NCBI GenBank assembly: GCA_905178155.1
Contig: CAJINV010000007.1
Span: 3,614,265 to 3,678,264, forward strand
Length of the DNA: 64,000 bases
Direction: 5' to 3'
Source of the DNA: Amoebophrya sp. A120
Taxonomy: Eukaryota; Protista; Dinoflagellata
Shown here: positions 50,201 to 62,700 of the stretch, one piece after another
How positions within the stretch are numbered: position 1 is the stretch's first letter
How the letters are laid out: each line of letters starts with the position of its first letter
The notes under the pieces: model-generated
Databases searched by the model: none
Told to the model about the DNA's origin: nothing
The model's input: the letters and a program-made list of their open reading frames with translations, nothing else
Translations under genes and position numbers: made by a program

Positions 50201-51800
50201 ATCTGAAAACAACTCTATCAGGAACAAAGCAGCGGGCTGTCCCATCCAAACACTTCTACGACGTTGCACCGTCTTGGTTCGGAGCGCCGCACCGGTTACA
50301 GTCCCCACAAGCACTACAGTAACTACTCCACTGGAAGCAGAAACACGCCGGCGCATAACTCGCCGCTGCGCCACGGGTACTCCACGTCGACGTCCGGTTC
50401 AAACTACAAATCTTCGTCTACGTCTCGGGGACATCAGTACTTCTACAGGAGGTTTTTTCATGCCTGATAATTCATTTCAAATTTATAGTACTCGTAGCTT
50501 TTCGCAAGAGAGCATGATCAGAAATGAGTTACATGCACTAGTAAAACTGCTACAGGTATAGCAAGTCCTCGAATTCCGGAACTGCTTCTTCGGGGCTGCA
50601 TACCACGTCGAGCTTACGCGTTGAAAATCTTCATAACTCCTCACACAACAGCTGATGCTCGCATAATTTTCATCTCATGCATGCCATGATCCAACAAGTC
50701 CAACACCAACTGGCTCTCTTTTTGCGGTGCTAAATGCTGCACCTCTTAACAAATAAGCGAAAGCTGATCTACTGTCTGCTGAGGAGCCTCTAAGATTTTC
50801 CTCTTGATCCACCACGAATTCCACCAGTCCCCACTTCGAGAGCGGGGGCACGGGCGTGCTGAAGACGCGAAGCAGTAACAGCACCACCTCCAGCAGCGCA
50901 GCCTCGACCAGCGGTGGCGGTGCAAGCGGGGGCAGGTACGGCGCGACAACTTCCAATTTCTCTTCTAGTTCGAGCCACACAGGAGCTGGGGCTTACACGT
51001 CCTCGACCGGTGCAACTGGCACGACAAATCCCCGGGCGGGGGTCGTGCCGAACCTGCGCCAGCATCAGTCGTCAACACGTAGCATGTCGCCACTGCTGCA
51101 CGATAAGATCGCGCACCAGCATGGGATCAGCGTGTCCAGCAGTATCAACTTCGGGTCGAGCAGCCGGATTTTGGGCGGATCTTCAGCAGGGTCGGGAAGT
51201 AGTGGAATAGGAAGCAGCTCTTCGGGCAGCGGCTCTTCGTTGGCGGGCGAGGCGAAGTACAACTTGGACTGATATCTTGTTTTGTCACAATGCCGACTGA
51301 AGATCTACTTTGGTACAGCACATGCCCTCCCTCGTCAATACAGAATGATGACTCTGCCGGTAATTCTAATTGCAGTCTTTTTCCCTGCCCATTCTTGATC
51401 CCAAACTCCAGATCGCGTCGCCTTCCCGGACTGACGCCACGCACGGACCAGCCGGGCTCCTACTCGGCTTTTCAGCACCAGTCTGGGAGCCACGGTCTCT
51501 GGGAAAGCAGTCACCGGGCCACTGGGTACAACAGCAACCACTACTATGAAAGGGAAAGAAGAAGAAGCAGACACTCCAGTCGAAGTCCCTATCGTGGTCG
51601 CGGCCACGGGCGGTGGCATGATCGTGGTGATCATGGCCGCGCGTCTCTCAATGCGTCACGCGATTTGCGATGGCGCGGCCCCGTCCGTGGCACCTTCCCT
51701 CGGATGGATACTAGCGATCGTCGTGTCAGAGAAAGGTCGAGGGAGCGCGTTTGTCATAGAGTACGCAAGGGAAAAAATGGTCACGATCTTTACATGTGAG
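47214..51800 (+). CDS. Hypothetical Ser/Gly/Thr/His-rich low-complexity protein (multi-exon, model uncertain)
   Basis: Compositionally similar + strand ORF segments (47214-47397, 47776-47885, 49394-50058, ~50220-50430, ~50800-51255, ~51410-51700) are separated by AT-richer intron-like sequence. No domain recognised. Confidence 0.45.
48029..49328. mobile_element. Non-autonomous TIR element copy 1 (~80-bp TIR, CAT TSD), intronic
   Basis: GAGCGGGGTAAGAAACCCAAACGAGAACTTCGCGG... with its inverse ending CCCCGCTC at 49328. CAT at 48026-48028 and 49329-49331. Highly similar to 52842-54126. Confidence 0.93.
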
Positions 51801-52841
51801 AAAAATGGTGCGCTGCACAACGGTGAAGGTGAGCACGATGCATTTTGTGCTGCATGGCAAATGTAGTGGGGGCCAGTATCCTACTATTGATATTTTGTTG
51901 TAATACATCAAGATCAAGCAGCGAATTTTCTCCGTGCAGAAGAGACGTCGACTTTTTTCATTTGCATAGCAGAACCATCGCCCCCTACATCGACATCACC
52001 CATACTCGTCGAGCTCGAGCAAGTATCCCATTGTGTTGAAAAGTCTGCCGAGGTCGGGTGCGTTCTTTTGCCATGATCTTGGTGTAGCATTTGCATAGAC
52101 AATGACACCGTCGAGACGCAAGAACACTGGTGCAGCTTTCGTAACCCTAAGCGCTGATGCACTAAACTTTCTCTTTTGCACCACAGAGAAGGTGAAGGAC
52201 GCTTCTAATCGGTGAATTTTTCACGCAATACCACTTGCAACAACTCACGCCACTACCGTACGAGGGAGCGACCAGGACAGCGCTACTAGTAAACAAAGCA
52301 AAACACGAACCCAATTTCTCCTCCCTGAGTTTTAAGAACGACGAATATCGAATAAATGCTCGTAGACATCATACCCAAAGCGGAGCCGTGAAGATCCGTA
52401 GCACGTGATCATCGAAGGAGGAGCGAATTATCGTTGGAGTGACCCGATGGAGTCTACTGAGCAGAGGAGAAGGAGGAGGCAAGCAACAAGAAGCACGAAA
52501 ACTGCAAAAAATCTATTTTATGATTGAAAGAATGAAGACTAAATGTAAACTTCGACCACGAGAAAATCCAAACCTATTATTACGTTACAGTTAAAGACCT
52601 CTCAAACTCAATTTTCTAGAACTACTAAGTCTAATGTTGTGATGTTGTCTCCGCAGTGGCAGAGGAGACCAGAGAACAGGACTACAAGGACACCAAACAG
52701 CACATTGCGATTAATGAATTCAAATACTAAATCTAATGAGAGTTGTAGCAACGGGTAGGGGTACATCCGATCAGGCTAACACAAGAAAATGCACATGTTC
52801 CAAGAAGACCAAATTTTTGTTTCGTAGTTTTCTCTTTCTAA

Positions 52842-54126
52842 GAGCGGGGTAACAAACCCAAACGAGAACTTCGCGGTTGAGTTCTCATCCGGCCGGCCGG
52901 CCGGATGTAAACTCAACCACATCTGTGGCGGATTGAAATCGGCCGGCCGGTCGTCCGGGTCCTCTTCTTCCCTCCTGGTCGACGGCCTCACTCTTCTTCT
53001 TGTCACCCCCCAGCTGCGCAGTTTCACTACGCAGAAAGCCCGAGCTTTGTCATGCAAAAGCTGCGGCAAGTGCCTGAACCCAAGAAGCAGAAGCTGCGTT
53101 GTTTGCTACTTCTCCTGCGAGTCGCCGGAAAAGGCGAAGAGCCTGGGGACCCAGAGGATGGGGGCACAGCCCAAAGCGGGCGCGCAGCGCTGAGTGACCA
53201 TGCCGGCTGCGGCCGGGCGCCGACGAACCCCACAAGGAAGCAACGCAACAGCGTACAACTTGCGCGCGCGGGCCGTCCTGATGTGCCACCTTCGCGTGTA
53301 GGAAAAGATAAAGATTGCTAGGGCGCCAGTAGCCCGGCGGAGGTACACAGGGGGGCGGCCCAGGCCATTTGCATTGTCCCTGCTACCGGGTGGGGGTAGC
53401 TTTGGAGCCCGACGGACGCGCCGCAGGATTCGGGCGCCGGCAGAAAGGGCAGCGCGCGCGGCGCGTCGGAGATTGGTTGCCCGGCGCGCCGAGCGAGGCC
53501 CCGCCTCCCATCGCGCAAGTCGGTGGACGCGCGAAGCGCGTCCGACCCGGGTCCGGCGCAAATGCCAACTGCTGCGCCGAAGCAAGCATTAGCCAGCGGA
53601 GAGGCGCGCGGACGCGCTTTCTGGGCCGGCGATTGCAGCGTACAACCACAACGGGCGCGCGTTGCGCGCCCCGCGAAATTTTGCCTATTGCGTGTGCGAG
53701 CCCCGCGAATGTTTTTGCATTCAATTCTTTCGAATTCCACCCAGAAGCCAAAAGGCATAGCGCAGTCCAACTATGAAAGCGCGTCCGCGGCGGGCACGCA
53801 CAATGCGCCACCTTTAAAATTTAACTTCTGCGCCGCTGCATAGCGTAGCTTCCCTGTATTCGCAGCGGGCGCGCGCAGCGTGCCCAGAGAATTTTTGTGT
53901 TGGTTGCACACGGCCCCCGGCGAAAGGGGAGTGAGGGGGGCGTCGGTCTCTAGCAGGCCGCTCCCCCCCTTTCGCCCGAGCGAAAGGCGGGCCAATTTTT
54001 GCCAGAAGATGACCAGGACGACCGGCCGGTCGATTTCCGCCGCTGATGTGGTTGAGTTCTCATCCGGCCGGCCGGCCGGATGAGAACTCAACCGCGAAGT
54101 TCTCGTTTGGGTTTGTTACCCCGCTC
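52842..54126. mobile_element. Non-autonomous TIR element copy 2 (TAA TSD), intergenic
   Basis: Same TIR and interior as 48029-49328, in the same orientation, with scattered substitutions and indels. TAA at 52839-52841 and 54127-54129. Confidence 0.93.
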
Positions 54127-55404
54127 TAATTAGTTTCACTGATTTTACCAACATCTTCACACACCCCAGTTTGCACCCTTTCGCTTTCCGAACAATCCCA
54201 ATCGTAGTTTACGTAAAGTATTATTTCTGTCAAATGAAAAGGCACAAGAACCTCAAAGCTAGTTTTCCTATCCGAGGGAAGTTGCCCCAGTTTCATACTG
54301 TCGGAAGTCCGCCGAGACGCGGAATAACGGAGCACCACCATCTGGGCGGCGCTGGAGTCAATTTGTCAACGGGTGGAGGCAGTAGTCATAAATCTACCAG
54401 CACAACTGCCAGAGGAGGACTACAAATCATCGGAACGAACAATAGCTACAGCAACAGTAGATGATGAGTTGCTTGCTTTTTGTCGTGTCACTCCATGGCT
54501 GAAGAGTTTTTGATAAAAATTTCGATCCATCGTAGAGAGAGTATATATCTGCACTTGCATATGTGATTGTCAGCCTTTTGCTGCATTTCGAGTTTGTATG
54601 GCACGGGACTGAACCTTTTTCGCTTGACGTGGTTGGTCCACGAGTTTTTTTGCACACGTGCTAAGGAGAGCCCGAGGATGCTACAGAGCCTAAGCTTGGC
54701 TGGATTCCGTCTTGACGGAACAAAATAAACAATTGTGGAGCTTGAGCTTGCGTATGTTTTTTAAATTTAGCACATACCGCGTCAGCTGGTGCAGGGTGGT
54801 CACCGTTCTTTGAACAGAGGAATAGGAAAAGTCATTCGAAATGTTAAAATCTCGACAGCTGAGCAACAAAAAAAAAAGAACGAGTGCTAGAACACACTAG
54901 CTGCTTGCTCTCTCATGCAATTTTCTGCTACTTTGCTGCGGTTGATTCAAAACCAACGTGAACGTACGAAGCTTCTCCCTTTTGCAGTTCCCACTTTCGA
55001 GAGCGATATCGTACTTATTTTTCCACCAGCTTTGCTTTCGCCTTTTGTCATGACCGGTTCGCTGTTCACTACATGTACATTCACGACGAGAACTGAAAAC
55101 ATTGGTCCGGTCGTAGTTTCATGCTGCTACTTGGTGGTCGCCGACATTTTGATCGTAATCGGTATCAAGACGAAGACTGGGAGAGATAGATGAGATGAAA
55201 TCTTTGGTAGTCCGAGGTGCGGAGAGACCCTTGCGCAAGATGTTAGCACTTTTAAGCGAGCTGCAACAAATGTTCCGACGTATGAAGACATCTTCAACAT
55301 TGTCACCAGGTCCAATCATTTCTACGATTTTCGACAGCTGCTTCTTACCCCTCGCCATAGCAAGCTAAACACATCTGCAGTGTAAGAACCCGACCAAAAG
55401 AACG

Positions 55405-56706
55405 ATGAAGGTCCTCCGTGTTTTCAACGAGAGCAGTGAGCAGCCCTTTCCCTGGGAACAGGATCAGGTACAAGACGATTTGTCCGGAGGACCAGAGCAC
55501 TCGTCTGTGAGACAACCACAAATCAAAAACTTAACCTCTGCCGTGCCGCAAGATCGACGAGATCAATACGAATCCGACCCCATGTTTCCAACCGAAGTTT
55601 GGAACAAAACAGCCTTACGAAGCCAGCAGCGCTATTTGGAATTGCAAGAGCTGCCCGGATCCGGAACTACAGCCACCGGTCGCATTTTCCGCATCGTTTG
55701 CGTCTCGGATACTCACGGCAGAACCGCGAAAATGCCCGGTACTCCACTTCTTCCAGAGGGAGACCTGCTGATCCACGCGGGGGACATTTCGAACAAGGGG
55801 AAGCGAGAGGAGGTTTTCGAATTCCTGGATTGGTTTCGAAGTCAGCCACACCGCCACAAAGTCTGGATCGCGGGCAACCACGACTTGACGCTGGACCGGG
55901 AAGCGTATCGGAACGCGAGTAAGAGGAAGAGGTTTGGGCTGAAGGAGGAAGAGGCCGTTGCTCTTGGAGGAAATGATGTCGGTGTTGCTGGTGTAGTTGA
56001 ACCGACGAAACAAGCAACTTCGTCTTCACAAGCTGATGGTCCATCGGTGAGTGCAAGTGGTGGAGGTCTGTTCGAGTCCATTTCCAACTTTTTCAGCCCA
56101 AAAGCGGAAGCCAGGAAGGCCGAAGCAGAGGAGGCAGCTCATGACGCGGGTGCAGCTACTTCCTCTGAAGACAAACTTTCTGCCACTCTCCTCGCGACTA
56201 CCCATGTCCGTCCGGAGGCGAGCAAGCTGGAAGCGGAGATTCGAGGAATTCTTGAGCACGATCCTTCAACGTTTTACCTCCACGACGAGCTTCTGCAGTT
56301 GGAAATACCAATAGACACACAAAATCCGCAACAGAAATCACAAAAATCCCTGAATATCTACGGCTCCCCCTACCAGCCGGAGTTCGGCGACTGGGCCTTC
56401 AACTTAAAACGGGGCCCTGATTCCCGCACAGAGTGGGACAAGATCCCAACAGAAACCGATATCCTAATCACCCACGGCCCGCCCCTCGGCCGCGGCGATT
56501 TCTGCTCCAGCGGGCTGCGTGCGGGCTGTTTGGACCTGCTGGAAACGGTGCAGAACCGGGTGAAACCGACGGGGCATGTGTTTGGGCACATTCACGAGGG
56601 GTACGGGGGGAGCTTCGACGGAGAGACGCTGTTTGTCAACGCGGCGACGTGCAATTTGGCGTACGCGCCGAACAACCCGCCTGTGGTTGTTGAGGTGATG
56701 ATATGA
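55405..56706 (+). CDS. Calcineurin-like metallophosphoesterase (MPPED/239FB-like)
   Basis: All five metal-binding motifs are present in one ORF: CVSDTHG, LIHAGD, IAGNHD, ILITHGPP, HVFGHIHEGYG. Confidence 0.92.
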   Translation: MKVLRVFNESSEQPFPWEQDQVQDDLSGGPEHSSVRQPQIKNLTSAVPQDRRDQYESDPMFPTEVWNKTALRSQQRYLELQELPGSGTTATGRIFRIVCVSDTHGRTAKMPGTPLLPEGDLLIHAGDISNKGKREEVFEFLDWFRSQPHRHKVWIAGNHDLTLDREAYRNASKRKRFGLKEEEAVALGGNDVGVAGVVEPTKQATSSSQADGPSVSASGGGLFESISNFFSPKAEARKAEAEEAAHDAGAATSSEDKLSATLLATTHVRPEASKLEAEIRGILEHDPSTFYLHDELLQLEIPIDTQNPQQKSQKSLNIYGSPYQPEFGDWAFNLKRGPDSRTEWDKIPTETDILITHGPPLGRGDFCSSGLRAGCLDLLETVQNRVKPTGHVFGHIHEGYGGSFDGETLFVNAATCNLAYAPNNPPVVVEVMI

Positions 56707-57332
56707 AGAATTTCCGATGATCATGTCGTGGCATTTCAGCAACAGCATGTTGCGCGAAGACAATACATACCCGAGAACTCACACGCATTTCTTTCTTGTC
56801 AGACAGGTCAAAACTACAAACACATAACTTCACACTCTTGTGAGCAGCAGCTCAAGCCGTTCGTGGGAATTCAACTTGTTCCCGTGTGCGTGACAAGCTG
56901 GCTGCAGTGCGGAATCGATCGCGCCTCGGACTCCGTTAGTCCACCGTGAGTGTGGTTCGATGCTCGGTAGCATGTGGATGAGTACCGACTTCGTGCTTGC
57001 ATCTCGCGGATTTTAGTTGGATATCCAACCAGAATAATCGCAAGTGGGGTTTTCCTATCGCTCATTCGTGGCATATGAATACCGTTCGTAAACCAGTTTT
57101 GTAAGGTCATTTTCTTCGTCGAAAAGTTCTCCGTTGAGTGTTGTCGTGAGTGATCGACTGAGAGGAGAGAATCCAAGCGGCCTCGAAGTATACGCTTAGC
57201 CCAGCATAACATTGGCAAAGACCGTCAATTGTGTTCGTTCTTGTTTCCGAATTTATGTTCAGAAATCCTTTATTTGTGCGTTCTCGCGACCCGTATCAAT
57301 TTGTTGTGAAGGAAGTAACTCAGAAAGGCAAG

Positions 57333-58478
57333 ATGTCCTTCTTCATCGCAAAGCCGACCGCAGCGCGGAAGCGCTCGGGATTGCAGCGCCCGGCGAAGAT
57401 GCTTTTGCCGGCGGCAGTTTTGCCGACCTTGGATCAGGAGGGTACTACTATTTTTGATCACGCGAGTACCGAGATTATTTGATTTTTGTTATGACACAAT
57501 TGCCTTAGATCCCTCCATGCTCTATGTCTATGTTGCAGAGGAACGAGAGTACATGAGACGAGTGATCGAGTAACACACGTCGAATTTTGTCACAAACATA
57601 ATCCAACAAAACACCAGGGGTGTTCCACGTCTCCGCATACCAAAAGAAGGAGAAGCGCGGCAATCTGCGCGGGTCGAACAAGAATGCGTTCAGTGCTTTG
57701 GAGGACCATGTGGACGGGACGAGCACGCCACCGGGATCGCCGGTACATCTTCATTGAAATTCTTTTGGGTGAAAATGTTGAAATCTGAATTATTCCCTGA
57801 AGTGTCTGAAATTTTGCGTCGAAACAACATGGCCTGGAGCTGGACATGTGAAAACCATACCAAATCAGATGTCCGCGTTGGAGAAGCAGCTTGTCTTAAA
57901 CAAGTTTAAGCCAGCTGCGGATGGCGATGGGGCTGCACCAGCTGCGGATGGCGATGGGGCTGCACCAGCTGCGGGGGATGGCGATGGGGATGCATTGGTC
58001 GAGCAACTGATGGGAGAAAAGGGCTACGCACACTGCATCAATAACCCAAGCGGGCCCGGCTGTAACGTGGGACTTCTCGCGGTGAAACAACACTTCGAGC
58101 AGTTGTACCAATCGGATCTTGGAAATCCTAGCAAGGTCGCGGATCTGAACAAATTTATTGATGATGACAAATATCCTGTGCAAAACCATCGCACTAGTAT
58201 AAATCGCATGACAAATGATTTTCTCAGCATGGGAAATAAAAAAAAAATTCTTGTTGTGCTGTGGGTTTATTTAAAGAAAAGAAAAACTGTAACGCATGAC
58301 TGCGATTCGGATTTCAATTGCATACTGCTAGTGCGATACTTTTGCAATCCATAGCATGATGTTGACAAGTGCGGTGGATGCTTGGGTAAAGAAAAAAAAA
58401 GCGAAGCAAGAGCGTTTTGCGGAAAAATCGAAAGAAGCGCAAGCGGTCGAGGACGCGGCCGCGAAGGGGCAGTCCTGA
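57333..58478 (+). CDS. Hypothetical protein (multi-exon, model uncertain)
   Basis: Candidate exons ~57333-57441, ~57618-57742, 57868-58171 and 58359-58478. The last two join in frame after removing the family A element plus 5 nt. No domain recognised. Confidence 0.45.
57911..57995 (+). repeat. 27-bp coding tandem repeat (~3 copies; PAADGDGAA)
   Basis: CCAGCTGCGGATGGCGATGGGGCTGCA occurs twice exactly, plus a degenerate third copy. Confidence 0.85.
58172..58353. mobile_element. Introner family A copy, opposite orientation, degenerate DR
   Basis: TATCCTGTGCAAAACCATCGCACTAG...CTAGTGCGATACTTTTGCAATCCATA. The start is the reverse complement of the GCACAGGATA end of 18868-19020. Flanks are ACAAA/GCATG. 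Confidence 0.78.
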
Positions 58479-59727
58479 GACGAGAAAGCGTCAGGCAGCA
58501 AATGAGACTGTGCTGAAAAATGGTCGAAGACAAAATGCTTGCTTTGCGTAGGGATCAATATCAAACCTGTCGCTTTGACAAGCAGTACGTAAGTATCCAA
58601 CCAGGAGTCGTAGTTCGTAAGGTTTGAAAGTTCTTGGTCTCGCGTAGCTAGCTCTCGAAGTCGAGAAGTTGTACCACTCGTTTTATAAGTCCAGAATGTG
58701 AATCTATAATATTAAATCAAAAACAATCGCGTAAATTTTGTACTTGTATTTTCAAAATTCTACTCACTCTTAATGTTAATACCTCTTCTAAGGCAGCATG
58801 TATAAAATGACAACTCACTACTCTGTGCATCTTACAGCTGTTGATGTGTATTTAAGCGAAATTATATCCCTCCCTGAAACAGTTGAGTTGTAATAAAAAA
58901 CGATCCCTAAGTAGTCGAGGCCCCCGCGAACCTCCGCTTGTAGCGCGTACCGCGACGTTTGGTCATTGCAGCAGCAGGTTTTGGCTATTTAGTCATCTAC
59001 GAGATCGATGGAGCAGCGGACCTTGGTCGTTGCTCAAAAGTGTTCAATGAAAGTATGAATGTCAAAATACGAATGTCATCTATCTTCTCTGACTTTAATT
59101 ATGTTTATGCAGAACTGAAGAAATTTCTGACGAGCGCAAACGGGATGATGAGGAAGAGCATCATTTTCAATGCCTCTGAGCATGCGTCGATGGCTATTGC
59201 TTTTGAGGTGCGAGCTTATTTACGTTTGTAATTATTGAAAGAATACCATCACTATTACACGCAGCATACTCGTATCTGAATGTCAAAGTAGATGTTTGAC
59301 GTCGATCTCATTCTGCATAATTTCGCTTTGTTGCAATAGCAGCCCGCTCTCTCAATGTCGAACATTTGAGCAGAAGAAGATCCGACAGGTAAACAGATGA
59401 AAAAATAAGTTACAGATACGAGGAAAACTCGTCGAGCCAGGATGGCCATATACGCGGAGCGCTACCCGAAATTCGGGTATATCTGGCTGCACTTCTATCC
59501 CAGTCAAATGTCATGTTCGAGGCACAGGCTCGTCAATCTGTCATGCATGTTCTTTATTCAGTGTGAGCTTAGCATTCTGTTTCTGGTGTTATCTGTTATG
59601 TAACTGGATGAAGTTGCGACCACTGCTTGTTTGCAGCGTCAAACGCAACCTCAATGGAAATCGTTTGCATCACCGCAAGAAAAAATGCATTTCCATATAG
59701 TCTGTAGCAATGTGTAGAAGTAGTTAA

Positions 59728-62700
59728 GTGGCCTCAAGAACATTTCCTATCCATACCCCCGTCTCCTGGTTCGCGAGCAAAACTTCCGTCGAGGATGTGG
59801 TCAGCTCGATTTGCGCGACCATCTGCTTCATCTTCTGTCTCTGCGCGATCTCCTCCGGCGACGTGCACTTCTTCTGGCCGGCGGCGATTTTCGTTGCGTT
59901 ACTGCTGTACGCAAGAGTCTCTATGAGCAACCGCACAACCGACCAAGCGGCTTTCGGGGAATTTTATTGCACCAAGGAGCACCTCGGCTGTCCCGGCGGG
60001 ATCACTAGAAATGCGCTGGACATCTCCTGGGAGCCGGGGGTTAAGACAGGGGCGAATGGGGAGCGGCCATATCGACACGTTTTTGTGGAGAGGAATACGA
60101 ACAGGCAGGTATACATTGGTTAAATGAAGGAATTGTGTTGCACAACACCAACACGAGAAGTGACTTGCAACCTACAAACATGAGTAAGTCAAAAATTATT
60201 CGGTTTCATTCTGGCCATAAGATGTGCGAAATCGATCAGGTTTTCCTCCGCGGCATCAATGTCGGGGGCGGCAGCAAGCAGCCCTATGGTGTGTCCAGTG
60301 ACCAGCCTTTGGAAAACGTGGAGACGGCAGAAGAAACCGCGCCGGAGGTGACAAAAATAGGCAAACCGGCCGGCAGTGCGACGAGCAGCACCACGGTATT
60401 ACATCGAAATAACGACAAAAAAGTTCTTGATAGTCCAACTTCTTCTACTTCTGCAACTTCTAAGAACAAATCGAATACGAATGTATCAAAATCAAATACC
60501 AGTACTACTACTACATCTCCACCTGCATCTCCTAAGGCTCAAGCTGCATCAGATACGAACCTTCGAAGAAGGAAAAATAAGAAAGGAAAAAACAACAAAC
60601 AAAATGCTGTCGAACTGACCACAAAGGATATCAACACTTCCAAACAGCCCACAATCGGAACGGCCGGCACCGCAGCTGCCTTGGCTTCCCCCTCCTCCCC
60701 TGCTCGCCCACAAGGAGCCCAAAATCCAAACAAAATCTCCTTCGTGAACCGCCCGTTCCCGTTATCCGAAGCGGACGACCACTTCCGCCGACTCCTCGCC
60801 CTGGGCTTCACCTTCTTCCGGCTCTGCATCACCTGGGAGGCGGTGGAGCCGAACGAGTCGGGGGTTTATGACGAAGAGTATTTGGAATATTTGGAGAAAC
60901 TTGTGTCCCGCGCCCGGGATTTCGGCATCTCTGTCTTCATTGACTTCCACCAGGACGTGTGGTCCCGCTACTGCGGCGGCAGCGGCGCGCCGAAGTGGAC
61001 GCTGGAAGCAGTCGGGCTGGCCCCCGGGAAGTTCAAGGAGTGTCTAGCGGCGGTGCGACACAGCGACTTCGCAAGTAGCAGCTCATCTTCCTCGTCTTAC
61101 GATAAATTCAGCTCGGGCAGTTGTTCTTCTGCGGACGACTACCCGAAGATGTGGTGGGCGAATAACCACATGCACTTGGCGTGCGCGACGATGTTCTCAT
61201 TATTTTTCGCCGGGGACGACTTCGCGCCGAATTTTCGGATTAACAAAAAATGCTCCAAATTGTACGCAAACCGCGGGGATTTTGACACTTTACAAGTACA
61301 TGACGCCGGGTTGGTGGTTGATGGAGGTCCAGGTCAACTTCCTGCCGGGTCGAAGCAAGAAGGCAGCAAAGCGCCGAGCAAGACGAATTGCAGCACGGCA
61401 ACCGGAAACACGGCGAAGACGCCGGAAAGCGCAAGCTCATCGAATGCCGGAGGGGGAAGGGCGAATAACTTGCTGGCAGCCAAACCCACAGACACCGATG
61501 GCAACGACAATTCCCTCGACCTAATCGCTATCGACCTGAACGACGATGATGAGGAAGAAGAAGAACAAATGAGCTCCAAACTGCAACTTGCAGACGCCAC
61601 GCAGCAGGAATTATCCCAACCGCAAATTCCCCCGACAACCGGTTCTCTCATGAACACTCAGCAGCCGTTTGAGTACGGGATTTCTTCCGAGGACATGCCG
61701 TACTACCTCCTGAAGAACGCGAATGATGTGGCCTGTTCCCCCCTCTTCAGCTCGCCGGAATTCGAGAAGCAGAACTTCATCAGCATCCAGCAGTTTCTCC
61801 AGGACCACTATCTCGCTTGCGTGGAACTCGTCGCGAAACAGTTGAAGCACTTGGACAACGTGCTGGGGTTCGACACGCTGAATGAGCCGGATTACGGGTT
61901 TATCGGGAACAAATCGCTAGAGTCCTGGCGTGGCCTCGGTGGAAGCCAGGACCCGACGGGGTATTTACTGTCCCCGGTAGAGGCGATGGGCCTGGGGTCG
62001 GGGTGCTGTTTGGCTGTGGATTATTTTGAAGGGTTGTACAAGTGGCGAAAGACAGAGGAATTCGCGAATCCGTTTAGGAAGAGTTGCTGGAAGGCGGGAT
62101 ACGAGTGTATTTGTTTGTTCGTTTTTTCTTTTCATTTTGCATGCACCTACATGATCAGCTTATACTAGGACCTGAATTTGTGAGAGAGTTTGTTGCTTTG
62201 AAACACATCAAGAAACCCAACCAGGTATCTGGAAGCAGCACGGGGTGTACGACATTTGTCCGAGTTCTGGCAAGCCCATTCTGCACAAGCCCGACTATTT
62301 CGCCCTCAACCCGCGGACCGGTCAGCCGGTTAAAGTGCACGAGGATTACTTGCTGCCCTTCTGGGAAAAAGTGTCCTCGGTCATCAAGGACCAGCTGGGC
62401 CCGGAAGTGTTCACCTTCTGCTCCCCCTACGCGGGCGCAACGGATATGCAGAACCACGCCATGGCGATCGATTTGAACAGCAGTAGTAGTTCTGGTCTTG
62501 CCGCTAGCTCCAGTTCGGCCTCCACTCTCCGCAGTTCGAAATGTGTGTACGCGGCGCACTACTACGAGGGCTGGCAATTGCTGTTCCACCGGTACCACTC
62601 CTGGTTCACAACGCACTTCCAGAACGTGATGCGCGGCAAGGGAACGAAGTTGTTTTTTGGCACGCCGGAGATGTGCGCGCGCCGGGTAGGAAAAGACATC

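Noticed and set aside
48261-54091. Paired similar ORFs (e.g. 48261-49010 and 53383-53811) as duplicated genes
   Set aside because: They lie within the two MITE copies and are broken by different frameshifting indels, so there is no coding constraint.
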